From Streptosporangiaceae bacterium (lineage in GTDB: Bacteria; Actinomycetota; Actinomycetes; Streptosporangiales; Streptosporangiaceae), in assembly GCA_036496945.1 (NCBI GenBank), contig DASXKI010000386.1, positions 39-64,038 on the forward strand: a stretch of 64,000 nucleotides of DNA. Reading direction: 5' to 3'. Shown in pieces: positions 47,407-56,714 of the stretch. Numbering within the stretch: position 1 is the first letter of the stretch; every line of letters begins with the position of its first letter. The notes below the pieces were generated by a model. It ran no database searches, was not told the DNA's origin, and saw only the letters and a list, made by a program, of their open reading frames with translations. Both the position numbers and the translations under genes were made by a program.

Positions 47407-49104
47407 CTAGCGCGGGCTGAGGTGCAGGATCACAACCTCGTCGGTGCCGGCGCCAGCGCCGGTGTTGGTGCCTGACGGCTGCCCCGTCTCGTACGGGTTC
47501 GCCTGAGTGGGCCAGCCAACATAGCGCTGCGAGTTGTACTCGAACCACTCCGACGCCGTCGTGACCGGGATGACCGGCAGGTTCTGGGCGACGTAGGTCT
47601 CGATCGGGGCGAGGTCAGCGGTCTGCTGCGCCACGGTCGAGTCGCCACCCAGCTTGGCCAGGGCCGCGTCCATCGCGGCGTTCTTCAGGCCCTCGTAGTC
47701 ACCGGTGTTGGCCTTGCCGTTGTCCAGCGCACTGTTCAGCCAGTTGTTATACAGGTTGTATGGCGTCAGGCCGTTGTTCGACCAGTGCTCGGCCAGCTGG
47801 AAGTTGCCGTTACCCATGTCGGCATTCCATGCGTCCACGCTGATGCCCGAGAAGCTGGCGTTGATGCCAGCCGTCTTGAGCTCCTGCGCGACCATGGTCC
47901 CGACCGCTGCGTAGTCGGTGTAAGCGGCCGGGCTGATGAGCTGGATCGTGACCTCCTTGCCGTTCAGGGCGAAGTAGCCGCTCGAGTCCTTCTTGTAACC
48001 GGCCGCCGTCAGGGCCGCAGCGGCCGCTGACGCGCTGCCCGTGGGGGAGACGCTGAACGCTGCGGCCGGACCGGCCCACGCGGAGAACGTCGGCAGGGTG
48101 ATGCCGCTGGCGTTGGTGATCGGGTTCTCCAGGCCGGCCTCGCCCTCGGAGGCGAGCAGGTTGCGGTTGACAGCCAGGCTGATCGCCTTGCGGACCGCCA
48201 GCTGGTTGGTCGGCCACTTGTTCAGGTTCGGCATCAGGGCGTTGGTGCTGCCCGGTGCCTCCCAGAAGTGGTGGTAGGCGGGTGCGGTGTCGACGAACTG
48301 CTTCTGCAGGCCGGGGATGAAGTTACCCGTCCAGTCGATCGCTCCCGAGTACAGCGCGGACAGTGCGCTGGTGTTGGAGGTGTAGACCGGGAAGTAGACG
48401 CTCGGGACCTTCACCATCGAGGCCTGCCAGTACGACGGGTTCTTGGTGAGGGTGAATCCCTGGGAAGTGAACGTCTTCAGCACGTACGGGCCGGTGCCCA
48501 CAGGCTGGGCGTCCGTGAAGGTGGTCGGGCTGCTCTGGCTGCCCCAGACCGACTGCGGCAGGATCGGCACGCCAGCGACCTCCTGCAGGTTGAGGTACTG
48601 CGGCGCGCTGAAGTTGACCGTGACGGCGTTGCCCGCTGCGGTCGCGCTGGTGATCGGTAGCCCGGCCAGGTTGATCGCGGCGTTCTTCATCACCAGGTTG
48701 TAGGTAAAAGCGACGTCGGCCGGCGTCATGGCCGTCCCGTTGTTCCACTTCACGCCCTGCCGGATCGTGAAGGTGATGGTCTTGCCGCCGTTCGACCAGG
48801 TGTACGCCGTGGCCAGCCAGGGGGTGAATTTCGGCGGCGCGGCTATGTCGAACTGGAGCAGCGGCTCGTAGATCAGGCCGGTCGCGCCCATGCCCTGCGG
48901 CGCCGCGGTCGACACAAACGGGTTGAAGTCGTCCGTGATCGTGGTCTCCGGAGAACTCTCCATGACCAGGGGCTTGACTGCGGACGCCGCCGGCGCCGAA
49001 CCGTTGCCCGACTTAGTCGACGAGCATGCGCCGAGTCCGGCCGCTAGCAAGCCGACGGCCGCGACGGCCGCCAGCCCTCTATAGGCTACATATTTTGTAC
49101 CCAT
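47407..49104 (-). CDS. ABC transporter substrate-binding lipoprotein, family 5 (Opp/Dpp type)
   Basis: Lipobox LGAC after the signal peptide. 565 aa with family-5 SBP composition (…GTGPYVLKTFTSQGFTLTKNPSYW…). Confidence 0.9.
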   Translation of the reverse strand: MGTKYVAYRGLAAVAAVGLLAAGLGACSSTKSGNGSAPAASAVKPLVMESSPETTITDDFNPFVSTAAPQGMGATGLIYEPLLQFDIAAPPKFTPWLATAYTWSNGGKTITFTIRQGVKWNNGTAMTPADVAFTYNLVMKNAAINLAGLPITSATAAGNAVTVNFSAPQYLNLQEVAGVPILPQSVWGSQSSPTTFTDAQPVGTGPYVLKTFTSQGFTLTKNPSYWQASMVKVPSVYFPVYTSNTSALSALYSGAIDWTGNFIPGLQKQFVDTAPAYHHFWEAPGSTNALMPNLNKWPTNQLAVRKAISLAVNRNLLASEGEAGLENPITNASGITLPTFSAWAGPAAAFSVSPTGSASAAAAALTAAGYKKDSSGYFALNGKEVTIQLISPAAYTDYAAVGTMVAQELKTAGINASFSGISVDAWNADMGNGNFQLAEHWSNNGLTPYNLYNNWLNSALDNGKANTGDYEGLKNAAMDAALAKLGGDSTVAQQTADLAPIETYVAQNLPVIPVTTASEWFEYNSQRYVGWPTQANPYETGQPSGTNTGAGAGTDEVVILHLSPR

Positions 49105-49161
49105 TGTTACCTTTCCTGAATTGGAGTAGTAATGTCCGCACCTGGATTCTGGGTTTGCGAG

Positions 49162-50289
49162 TTAACTCGTAAGGTCCCCACCCCCTCCTCGCCCGGTGTA
49201 GACGGCGGGGGCCGCGACGTCGAGGCGCCAGCAGGCGGCGGCCCTGGACGACGAGATCTGGAGCAGCGGCGGTGACTCGGCGCGGCACCGGTCGTCCGCG
49301 AACGGGCACCGGGGGCTGAACGAGCAGGCACCCTCGGGCGCTGGGCCGGCAGTGGTGCTGACGGCCCCGTTCCCGGCCTGAAGCCCTTGTCTTGTGCCGT
49401 TACGTAGCGCGCCGCCGAGGTTGTCCGGGTCGGGTGCTGAGCTGACCAGCAGCTGTGTGTAGGGGTGCGCGGGCTGCTGCGTCACGTCCTCGGCTGGCCC
49501 GCGCTCGATGATCTGCCCGGCGTACATGACCAGGATCTCGTCGGCGAAGTAGCGTGCCGACGCAATGTCATGAGTGATGTAGAGCAGGGCCAGCTGGAAG
49601 CGCGTTCGCAGGTCGTCCAGCAGCGCCAGCATCTCGAGCCGGATCGACACATCGAGCATCGAGACCGGCTCGTCGGCAAGCAGTACCCGCGGGTCGGCGG
49701 CAAGCGCCCTGGCGAACGCGACGCGCTGCCGCTGGCCGCCGGACAGCTCGTGCGGGTACTTCGCCAGGTACTTGTCGGCCGGGCTCAGGCGCACCTGCTC
49801 CATCAGGGCGGCGGCCTGCACTCCGACCTGCTCCCTGGTCAGCCGCCCGCGATGCAGCCGCAGCGGCCGCTCGATGTGGTAACGCACGGTATGCGCGGGG
49901 TTGAGCGAGGCGAACGGATCCTGGAAGACGTACTGGACCTCGCTCTTGTACCGGCGGAATGCGCGACGGCCCGACACCGCGACCGGCTGGCCATCGAGCC
50001 AGATCGTGCCCGCGGTCGGATGCTCCTGCCCGGCCAAGAGGCGGGCCACGGTGGACTTGCCGGAGCCGCTCTCGCCGACGAGCGCAACGACCGCGCCACG
50101 GTACAGGCTGAGCGAGACGTCCCGGACGGCGTGCAGGACCTGACCGCGGCCTAGCCGGAAGTCCTTGCTCAGGCCAGCGGCCGCGAGCATGAGCGCACCG
50201 CGCGACGCGGCCGCCGATTCGATGCTCGACTCGACGCCGGAGTCGACGACAACTGGGGGCTGCTGCATGTCGGGGGCCTGGCTGGTCAT
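49162..50289 (-). CDS. oligopeptide/dipeptide-type ABC transporter ATP-binding protein (OppF/DppF-like)
   Basis: Walker A GESGSGKST, LSGGQRQRV and LLADEP, plus the C-terminal oligopeptide-type extension with Cys residues. ATGA overlap with the upstream gene at 50286-50289. Confidence 0.9.
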   Translation of the reverse strand: MTSQAPDMQQPPVVVDSGVESSIESAAASRGALMLAAAGLSKDFRLGRGQVLHAVRDVSLSLYRGAVVALVGESGSGKSTVARLLAGQEHPTAGTIWLDGQPVAVSGRRAFRRYKSEVQYVFQDPFASLNPAHTVRYHIERPLRLHRGRLTREQVGVQAAALMEQVRLSPADKYLAKYPHELSGGQRQRVAFARALAADPRVLLADEPVSMLDVSIRLEMLALLDDLRTRFQLALLYITHDIASARYFADEILVMYAGQIIERGPAEDVTQQPAHPYTQLLVSSAPDPDNLGGALRNGTRQGLQAGNGAVSTTAGPAPEGACSFSPRCPFADDRCRAESPPLLQISSSRAAACWRLDVAAPAVYTGRGGGGDLTS

Positions 50290-51440
50290 GGCGTCACCTC
50301 TGTCGTGCCAGACATGCTTCCGGCTGCTGCGGCGGCCGGCCGATCGGCGGTGCCGTCCGCGTCCGCCAGATCGCCCGCCGGGTCGTCGGGCAGGACGAAC
50401 GGACACGCCGTTACGTGCTGTGGGTCGGCAGAGGTGGTGACCCGCGCGAGCGTGATCTCGATGCGGCTGCACTCATCGGTGCCTTCGGTGCAGCGGGGCA
50501 GGAACGGGCAGCCTGGCGGCGGGTCCAGCAGGTCCGGCGGGGTGCCAGGGATGCCGGTCAGCTCTCGTCGCGGCCCGCGCAGCGACGGGAAGGAGCGCAG
50601 CAGCCGCTTGGTGTAGGGATGGGCTGGCTCGTGGTGGATCTCCGCGGCAGTGGCGATCTCCATCAGCTGGCCCGCGTACATCACCGCGATCCGGTCGGCC
50701 AGCTCGAGCAGCAGCGACAGGTCGTGCGTGATGAACAGGATCGCGAAGCCAAGGCGCTCTTTTAGCTCGAGGATCTGGCCCAGGATCTCGCGCTGGACCA
50801 CGACGTCGAGGGCGGTCGTCGGCTCATCCATGATGACGACTTCGGGGTCGGTGGCCAGCGCCATCGCGATCATGACGCGCTGGCGCATACCGCCCGACAG
50901 CTCGTGCGGATAGGCGCCCAGACGCGAGCGTGGGATGCCGACGAGATCGAGTAGGCCGGCCGCCTTGTCCGTGGCCTCCTGCCGGGGTAGTCGCAGGTGC
51001 GCGCGGATCACGTCGGTGATCTGATCGCGGATTCGCAGCATCGGGTTCAGGGCGTTCATCGCGCTCTGGAAGACGATGGCGATCTCCCGCCAGCGCAGGC
51101 TCATCAGCTGATCCGCACTGAGCTCGAGGATGTCCGTCGGATGGTCCATCCGGCGACCGTGGTAGCGGACGCTGCCGCCAGTGATCAGCGCCGGCGCCCG
51201 CAGCAGCCGGGTGGCCCCGTAGGCGAGCGTGGACTTGCCGGAACCGCTCTCGCCCACCAGGCCGACGACCTCGCCGGCGTTCAGGTCAAGGCTCACCTGG
51301 TCGACCGCCCGCACGTCGCCGCCAGGAGTGCGATAGACGATCGAAAGATCGCGAATCGACAGCACAGGCTCGCCGGCAAACCTCCCGCGGCCTCCAGGCT
51401 CTGCCGGGCCGGGAACGTGGTTGCCCAGGTCAGTCGTCAT
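50286..51440 (-). CDS. oligopeptide/dipeptide-type ABC transporter ATP-binding protein (OppD/DppD-like)
   Basis: GESGSGKST, LSGGMRQRV, VIMDEPTTALD, and the C-terminal PGCPFLPRC motif. Confidence 0.9.
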   Translation of the reverse strand: MTTDLGNHVPGPAEPGGRGRFAGEPVLSIRDLSIVYRTPGGDVRAVDQVSLDLNAGEVVGLVGESGSGKSTLAYGATRLLRAPALITGGSVRYHGRRMDHPTDILELSADQLMSLRWREIAIVFQSAMNALNPMLRIRDQITDVIRAHLRLPRQEATDKAAGLLDLVGIPRSRLGAYPHELSGGMRQRVMIAMALATDPEVVIMDEPTTALDVVVQREILGQILELKERLGFAILFITHDLSLLLELADRIAVMYAGQLMEIATAAEIHHEPAHPYTKRLLRSFPSLRGPRRELTGIPGTPPDLLDPPPGCPFLPRCTEGTDECSRIEITLARVTTSADPQHVTACPFVLPDDPAGDLADADGTADRPAAAAAGSMSGTTEVTP

Positions 51441-52528
51441 CGCTGCCCCTCGCTCGGCTTGGGTGCGCCTGCCCGGCCCGCACGATCGACTCTGCGATCG
51501 GCGAGATAGGCGGTGCGGGAGAATGAACGCACGAAGGCGGTTACCGGGCCTAGCCGCAGCGGCGCCGCGGTGTGCAGCACCGGTGTCGGGTCGGCAGGCT
51601 GCAGCCGCCGCCCGTCAACCTTGGCGCGCTGGTTCGCGTCTCGCAGCCGCGGATTGCCGAGCTCGTCGATCCCGCTGTTCAGCAGTACCAGGGCGGTCCC
51701 CATCAGGGCGACAATGAGGCCCGGCGGAACGAACCACCACCAGGCTCCCTGGGACAGGGCTTGCTGGCTCTGCGCCCAGTACAGGATGGTGCCCAGGCTC
51801 CAGTTTGACGTGTCCGTCACGCCAATGAACGCCAGCGCCACCGACGCGCCGATCGCATACAGCACGGTGCCGACGAAGTTGGCGGCGATGAGGCTGACCT
51901 GGTTCGGCACGATCTCGAAGGTGATGATCCGCCAGCCGCTCTCGCCGGTCTCGCGCGACGCGGCGACGAAGTCACGGCCGCGGATCGCCAGCGTCTGGGC
52001 GCGGATGACCCGTGCGCCAAAGGGCCAGCCGAGCCCGGCGAGCACCAGGATGGTCGCGGTCTGCCCAGTACGCGGCAGGTAGCCGAGCAGGATGATGAGC
52101 AGCGGCAGTGCGGGGATCACCAGGAAGACATTGGTGAGAAGGGACAGGACGTCATCCCACAGACCGCCGAGGTAGGCCGCGGTCACTCCGACGAGCACCG
52201 ACAGAGCGGTGGCGATGAGGCCGACCAGGAGCCCCAGCTCGAGCGTCAGCCGGATGCCGGTGAGCAGCTGTGACAGCACGTCCTCGCCGGACTGGGTGGT
52301 GCCCAGCAGGTGCGCGGCGTCCGGCGCGTGCAGGGAAAATGCCGGATTCGGGTTCTGGAAGCTGGGGTTATACGGCGCGACCAGCGGCCCGATGATGGCG
52401 GCGAGTACGAACAAGCCGGCCAGCACGACGCCTGCCTTGGCCTTCAGCGGCAGGCGCCCCCACCGGCCAAGCTGGCGCCCTGGCGCTGCGAGTGCGGTGG
52501 GATCGGTGATCGTGAGCGCGGCGGTCAT
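51437..52528 (-). CDS. ABC transporter permease (DppC/OppC-like)
   Basis: BPD-transporter pattern (…AASRETGESGWRIITFEIVPN…), 6 TM helices, overlapping stop/start junctions on both sides. Confidence 0.9.
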   Translation of the reverse strand: MTAALTITDPTALAAPGRQLGRWGRLPLKAKAGVVLAGLFVLAAIIGPLVAPYNPSFQNPNPAFSLHAPDAAHLLGTTQSGEDVLSQLLTGIRLTLELGLLVGLIATALSVLVGVTAAYLGGLWDDVLSLLTNVFLVIPALPLLIILLGYLPRTGQTATILVLAGLGWPFGARVIRAQTLAIRGRDFVAASRETGESGWRIITFEIVPNQVSLIAANFVGTVLYAIGASVALAFIGVTDTSNWSLGTILYWAQSQQALSQGAWWWFVPPGLIVALMGTALVLLNSGIDELGNPRLRDANQRAKVDGRRLQPADPTPVLHTAAPLRLGPVTAFVRSFSRTAYLADRRVDRAGRAGAPKPSEGQR

Positions 52529-53514
52529 CAGGCTGCCTCTCTCGTTCGGACCCTCGGGTCGGCGGCCACGATGATCATGTCGACGATCAGGTTGGCGATC
52601 AGGACAGCGAAGGTGATGACGAGGAAGATCGCCTGCATCAGCGGGTAGTCATTGGACTCGACAGCGCTCAGCAGCAGCAGGCCGACGCCGGGGTAGGAGA
52701 ACACGATCTCCATGACGATGGCGCCGGAGACGACGTAGCCGAGTGCGAGGCCGAATCCCTGTAGCTGCGGCAGGAACGCGTTGCGGGCCGCGTAGTTGAA
52801 GATGACACGCCGGTTCGACAGCCCCTTCGCCTGCGCGGCGAGCACGTAGTCCTCGCCGATGGTGGTGATCATCACGTTCCGCATCTGCAGCATCCAGCCC
52901 GCCACCGACGTGATGACGATGGTGAACGCTGGCAGCACCGAGTGCCAGATCGCGCTGCTGATGAAACCCCAGGTCCAGCCAGGGACAAGGCCGCCGGTGT
53001 AGCCCTGGCCGATCGGGAAGACGTGCACGACCTTCGCTGCCAGCAGGTACAGGAGCAGCAGCGCCAGGAAGAAGTACGGGATGGCCTGCACGAACATCAG
53101 TCCCGGCAGTACCCGGTCGAGCACGCCGCCGTTCCGCCAGCCGGCGATGATACCGAGGAACGTGCCGAGGAAGAACGCGACCACCGTCGCGGTACCGACG
53201 AGGATCAGCGTCCACGGGATCGTCTGGATGAGCAGCGACGACACCGATGCCGGGTAACTGGACACGGAGGTGCCGAAGTTCAGGTGCGCGATGTCGTCGA
53301 GGTACGTCACGTACTGGTGCCAGAGCGAGCCTGGGTGGCCAACGCCGAGCATGGCCTCCAGCGCGTGGTAGGTCGAAGGCTGCAGGTTGGGGAACTTCGA
53401 CATGATCGCCTGGACCGCGTTCCCTGGCATCGCCCGCGGCAAGAAGAAGTTCACCGTCAGTGCGACCCAGGCGGCGACCACGTAGAAGCCGAGGCGGCGG
53501 AGGATAAACGGCAT
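52528..53514 (-). CDS. ABC transporter permease (DppB/OppB-like)
   Basis: MPFILRRLGFYVVAAWVALTVNFFLPR is the canonical N-terminus, and the EAA-like loop YVLAAQAKGLSNRRVIFNYAARNA is present. ATG 53514 follows GGAG. Confidence 0.9.
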   Translation of the reverse strand: MPFILRRLGFYVVAAWVALTVNFFLPRAMPGNAVQAIMSKFPNLQPSTYHALEAMLGVGHPGSLWHQYVTYLDDIAHLNFGTSVSSYPASVSSLLIQTIPWTLILVGTATVVAFFLGTFLGIIAGWRNGGVLDRVLPGLMFVQAIPYFFLALLLLYLLAAKVVHVFPIGQGYTGGLVPGWTWGFISSAIWHSVLPAFTIVITSVAGWMLQMRNVMITTIGEDYVLAAQAKGLSNRRVIFNYAARNAFLPQLQGFGLALGYVVSGAIVMEIVFSYPGVGLLLLSAVESNDYPLMQAIFLVITFAVLIANLIVDMIIVAADPRVRTREAA

Positions 53515-53525
53515 TCGCCAGGCTC

Positions 53526-54956
53526 CTAACTCTCGGCGGCCGGCCGCGAGCTGCGGCGGCCCCGTGATGGGTTGCGGATATCGGATGTGAGGGTGCTGGC
53601 AGGGCTGCGTGCTCTGCCGGCCGTCAGCGAGCGGTAGGTCGCGGTGCCTAGCAGCGGAGCCGCGATGGTGCGCGCGGCCATGCCGGGCGGGCAGCCGCAG
53701 CTCTTGCGCAGCACGAGCTCGGTCGGCAGCAGCTCGACCTGCGTGGGCAGATCGGGCCTGGCGATTCGGTCGAGCAGCCGGTCGCAAGCGCGCTCGCCGA
53801 GCAGGCGCATCGGCTGGTGCACGGTCGTCAGCGACGGTTCGAACAGGCTGCCGGGGTAAATGTCATCGAACCCGGTCACGGCCAGCTGGTCCGGGACGCG
53901 CACGCCGCCCCGGCTGAGCGCCTGCATGACGCCGATGGCCATCTGGTCGTTCGCGCACACGATGGCGTCGGGGAGCCCGGCGCGGTCGGCGAGGAGCTTC
54001 TCGCCGGCTTCCTCGCCGCTTTGCACGCTGAACCGCCCGCAGTGTGAGCCGACGAGCTCGGTACCGGGATGGGCCTGAAGGACCTCGGCGAGCGCGAGCC
54101 TGCGCTCCATGGCGTCAGGCGCGCTCGGCGGTCCGTCGATGTGGAAGATGCGGCGACGGCCGTGGTCCTCGACCAGATGGGTCACGAGCGCCGCCGAGCC
54201 GGAGCGGTTGTCTGCCGTCACGATGTCGGCCGCCTGCTCGGCCGGGTCGCCGGCCACGATGACGACCGGCAGCCGCTCGGCAAGGCGCGCGAGCTCGTCC
54301 GATGGCACAATGCCCTCGCCGATCAGCAGCCCGTCGACCTTGCCGGACAGCGACTGGAGCCGGGCGAGGTCGCCGACGTTTTCCTCACGCAAGTAGGTGA
54401 TAAGGAGCGACCAGTTGCTTTCACGGATGCGCTGCTCGACGCCCCGCAGGATCTCGTCGTAGAACAGCAGGCTCATGCTCTCGATGTCGTACTGGTGCGG
54501 CGCCATGCGCTCCACGCACACCAGGCCGATGACGTTCTTCTGGCGGCGCGACAGGCTCTGGGCCGCGCCGTCCGGCACATAGCCGAGCTGATCGATAATC
54601 TCGCGCACCCGTGCCCTGGTGCTGTCGCGCACCCGGTCCTGGCCGTGTACGACCCGCGACACCGTTGCTGTCGACACCCCAGCCAGTCGCGCCACGTCAT
54701 AGAGAGTGATGGGACTCGGTGACACGCGGCCGAGGTCGGCCGTCAGCGCGGACTTGGCCGTGAGCGCGGACTCGGCCGTGAGCGCGGACTCGGCGGACTC
54801 GGCGGACGGCGCGGACTCGGCGGACGGCGCGAACCCGGGCACCTGCGAGCGGGACAGCGATGCTACCGACGGATCGCGGGCAGGCGGCACCGCCGTCGCG
54901 TCCGGTGCGCCGGACGCTTCGGGTGCGTCGGGTTCGCGCACGTCAGACGTGCTCAT
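53526..54956 (-). CDS. LacI family transcriptional regulator with a repeat-containing N-terminal extension
   Basis: HTH ITLYDVARLAGVSTATVSRVVHG and a periplasmic-binding-fold core. About 75 aa of Ala/Ser/Glu-rich repeats precede the HTH and keep high GC3. An alternative GTG start lies at 54725. Confidence 0.85.
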   Translation of the reverse strand: MSTSDVREPDAPEASGAPDATAVPPARDPSVASLSRSQVPGFAPSAESAPSAESAESALTAESALTAKSALTADLGRVSPSPITLYDVARLAGVSTATVSRVVHGQDRVRDSTRARVREIIDQLGYVPDGAAQSLSRRQKNVIGLVCVERMAPHQYDIESMSLLFYDEILRGVEQRIRESNWSLLITYLREENVGDLARLQSLSGKVDGLLIGEGIVPSDELARLAERLPVVIVAGDPAEQAADIVTADNRSGSAALVTHLVEDHGRRRIFHIDGPPSAPDAMERRLALAEVLQAHPGTELVGSHCGRFSVQSGEEAGEKLLADRAGLPDAIVCANDQMAIGVMQALSRGGVRVPDQLAVTGFDDIYPGSLFEPSLTTVHQPMRLLGERACDRLLDRIARPDLPTQVELLPTELVLRKSCGCPPGMAARTIAAPLLGTATYRSLTAGRARSPASTLTSDIRNPSRGRRSSRPAAES

Positions 54957-55041
54957 CCCAGGCCCGAACGGCGCTGATTGTCGGTCTCTTGAGCCATGCG
55001 CTGAATCCCCTACTGAGCTGGGGTAAAAGCACCTACATCCA

Positions 55042-55081
55042 CTGATCTAAGCGCTTACATTGGCTGATCTAAGCGCTTACA
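55042..55081. promoter_or_regulatory. two tandem copies of CTGATCTAAGCGCTTACA, each with the palindrome TAAGCGCTTA (LacI-type operators)
   Basis: Copies at 55042-55059 and 55064-55081, with palindrome centres 22 bp apart. They lie in the lacI/beta-glucosidase divergent region. AAGCGCTT is the classic LacI-family operator core. Confidence 0.6.
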
Positions 55082-55158
55082 CTAGGACTCGCCTTAAGAG
55101 GCGTCAAGGCCTTGGATTTAAGACGGACGCAACGTTCTGGTAACAAGAGGAGTGTCAG

Positions 55159-56583
55159 ATGACCGCAGCGGGGACCACCGGCAACGGTGCCCTTTCCTTT
55201 CCGCCGGGCTTCACCTGGGGCGCGGCAACCGCCGCGTACCAGATCGAGGGAGCGGCTAACGACGACGGACGAGGGCAGTCCATCTGGGACACATTCAGCC
55301 GCGCGCCGGGTAAGATCCGCCGGGGCGACACCGGCGACGTGGCCTGCGACTCCTACCACCGCTATCCCGAGGACGTGGCGCTGATGGCCTCGCTCGGGCT
55401 CCAGGCGTACCGGTTCTCGATCTCGTGGCCGCGCGTCCAGCCTGGCGGGTCGGGCCCGGTGAACCAGAAGGGCCTTGACTACTACCGCGCCCTGCTCGAC
55501 GAACTGGCGGGCAAGGGCATTGACGCGTCCGTCACGCTGTATCACTGGGACCTGCCGCAGGAGCTTCAGGACGGCGGCGGCTGGGCCGTGCGCAGCACCG
55601 CCGAGCGGTTCGCCGAGTACGCGCTCATCATCGCCGAGCAGCTTGGCGACCGCGTATCGCGCTGGATCACGCTGAACGAGCCGCAGGTATCAGCCGACCA
55701 CGGCTACCGGACCGGAGTCCACGCCCCTGGCCTGACTGACGCGGCCGCCGCCGCTGCGGCCACCCACCACCTGCTGCTGGCGCACGGCCTTGGCGCCCAG
55801 GCGCTGCGCAGCGTGCGCCCGGCGATCCCCGTTGGCATCACGCTGGACATGCATCCGGTCCGGCTCGCGGCTGGCACGCAGCCGGAGACCGTCGAGGCCG
55901 CGCGCGTGGCCACCGACGCCGAGCTCAACGGCCTCTTCCTCGAGCCGGTGCTGCATGGCCGGTATCCAGAGCACGTCAGAGCCTCGCTGCTGCCCCCGGC
56001 AGACCTGATCGCCGACGGCGACTTTGAGACGATCCGCCAGCCCATCGACTTCCTCGGCGTCAACTACTACGCGCCTGTCTTCTTGCGGGCCGGGGACCCG
56101 GCCGACCTGCGGCGTGACGAGGAGCCCGCCCGCTGTGAGCTGCCCGGCGTCGTGGAGTACCGGCCCGCCGATCTGGAGCGCACGCCGATGGGCTGGCTCG
56201 TCGACCCCGACGGCCTATATGACCTCCTGGTCCAGCTGTCCGACGCGGCTCCCGGCCTGCCGCTGTACATCACCGAGAACGGCTGCGCGGCCGAGGACTA
56301 CGTGGACCCCGACGGCGACGTCAAGGATGTCGAGCGGATCAGCTACCTGCACCAGCATCTGGACGCCGCGGCTCGCGCGATCAAGGCGGGCGTCAACCTG
56401 GCCGGCTACTACGTCTGGTCGCTGCTCGACAACTTCGAGTGGGGATGGGGCTACCAGCGGCGTTTCGGAATCATCTTCGTTGACTTCGAGACTCAGCGAC
56501 GCATCCCCAAGTCAAGCGCCCTGTTCTACTCGGAGGTCGTCCGCGCGAACGCCATCGCGCCGTACTCGGAGGTTGCTAACTGA
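55159..56583 (+). CDS. GH1 beta-glucosidase
   Basis: FPPGFTWGAATAAYQIEGA, acid/base ITLNEP, nucleophile YITENG. AGAGGAG RBS. Confidence 0.95.
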   Translation: MTAAGTTGNGALSFPPGFTWGAATAAYQIEGAANDDGRGQSIWDTFSRAPGKIRRGDTGDVACDSYHRYPEDVALMASLGLQAYRFSISWPRVQPGGSGPVNQKGLDYYRALLDELAGKGIDASVTLYHWDLPQELQDGGGWAVRSTAERFAEYALIIAEQLGDRVSRWITLNEPQVSADHGYRTGVHAPGLTDAAAAAAATHHLLLAHGLGAQALRSVRPAIPVGITLDMHPVRLAAGTQPETVEAARVATDAELNGLFLEPVLHGRYPEHVRASLLPPADLIADGDFETIRQPIDFLGVNYYAPVFLRAGDPADLRRDEEPARCELPGVVEYRPADLERTPMGWLVDPDGLYDLLVQLSDAAPGLPLYITENGCAAEDYVDPDGDVKDVERISYLHQHLDAAARAIKAGVNLAGYYVWSLLDNFEWGWGYQRRFGIIFVDFETQRRIPKSSALFYSEVVRANAIAPYSEVAN

Positions 56584-56714
56584 TCCGGGGGACTCGTGCC
56601 GTGAACTGAACGTCGTGGTTGCGGATGTGCTGCGGATACAGCAGCGGATCCGCAACCACGAGGTTCGACGGGTGGCGCGGGCGGGTGATCAGTACTGCGG
56701 CGGACGCGTCGGTC

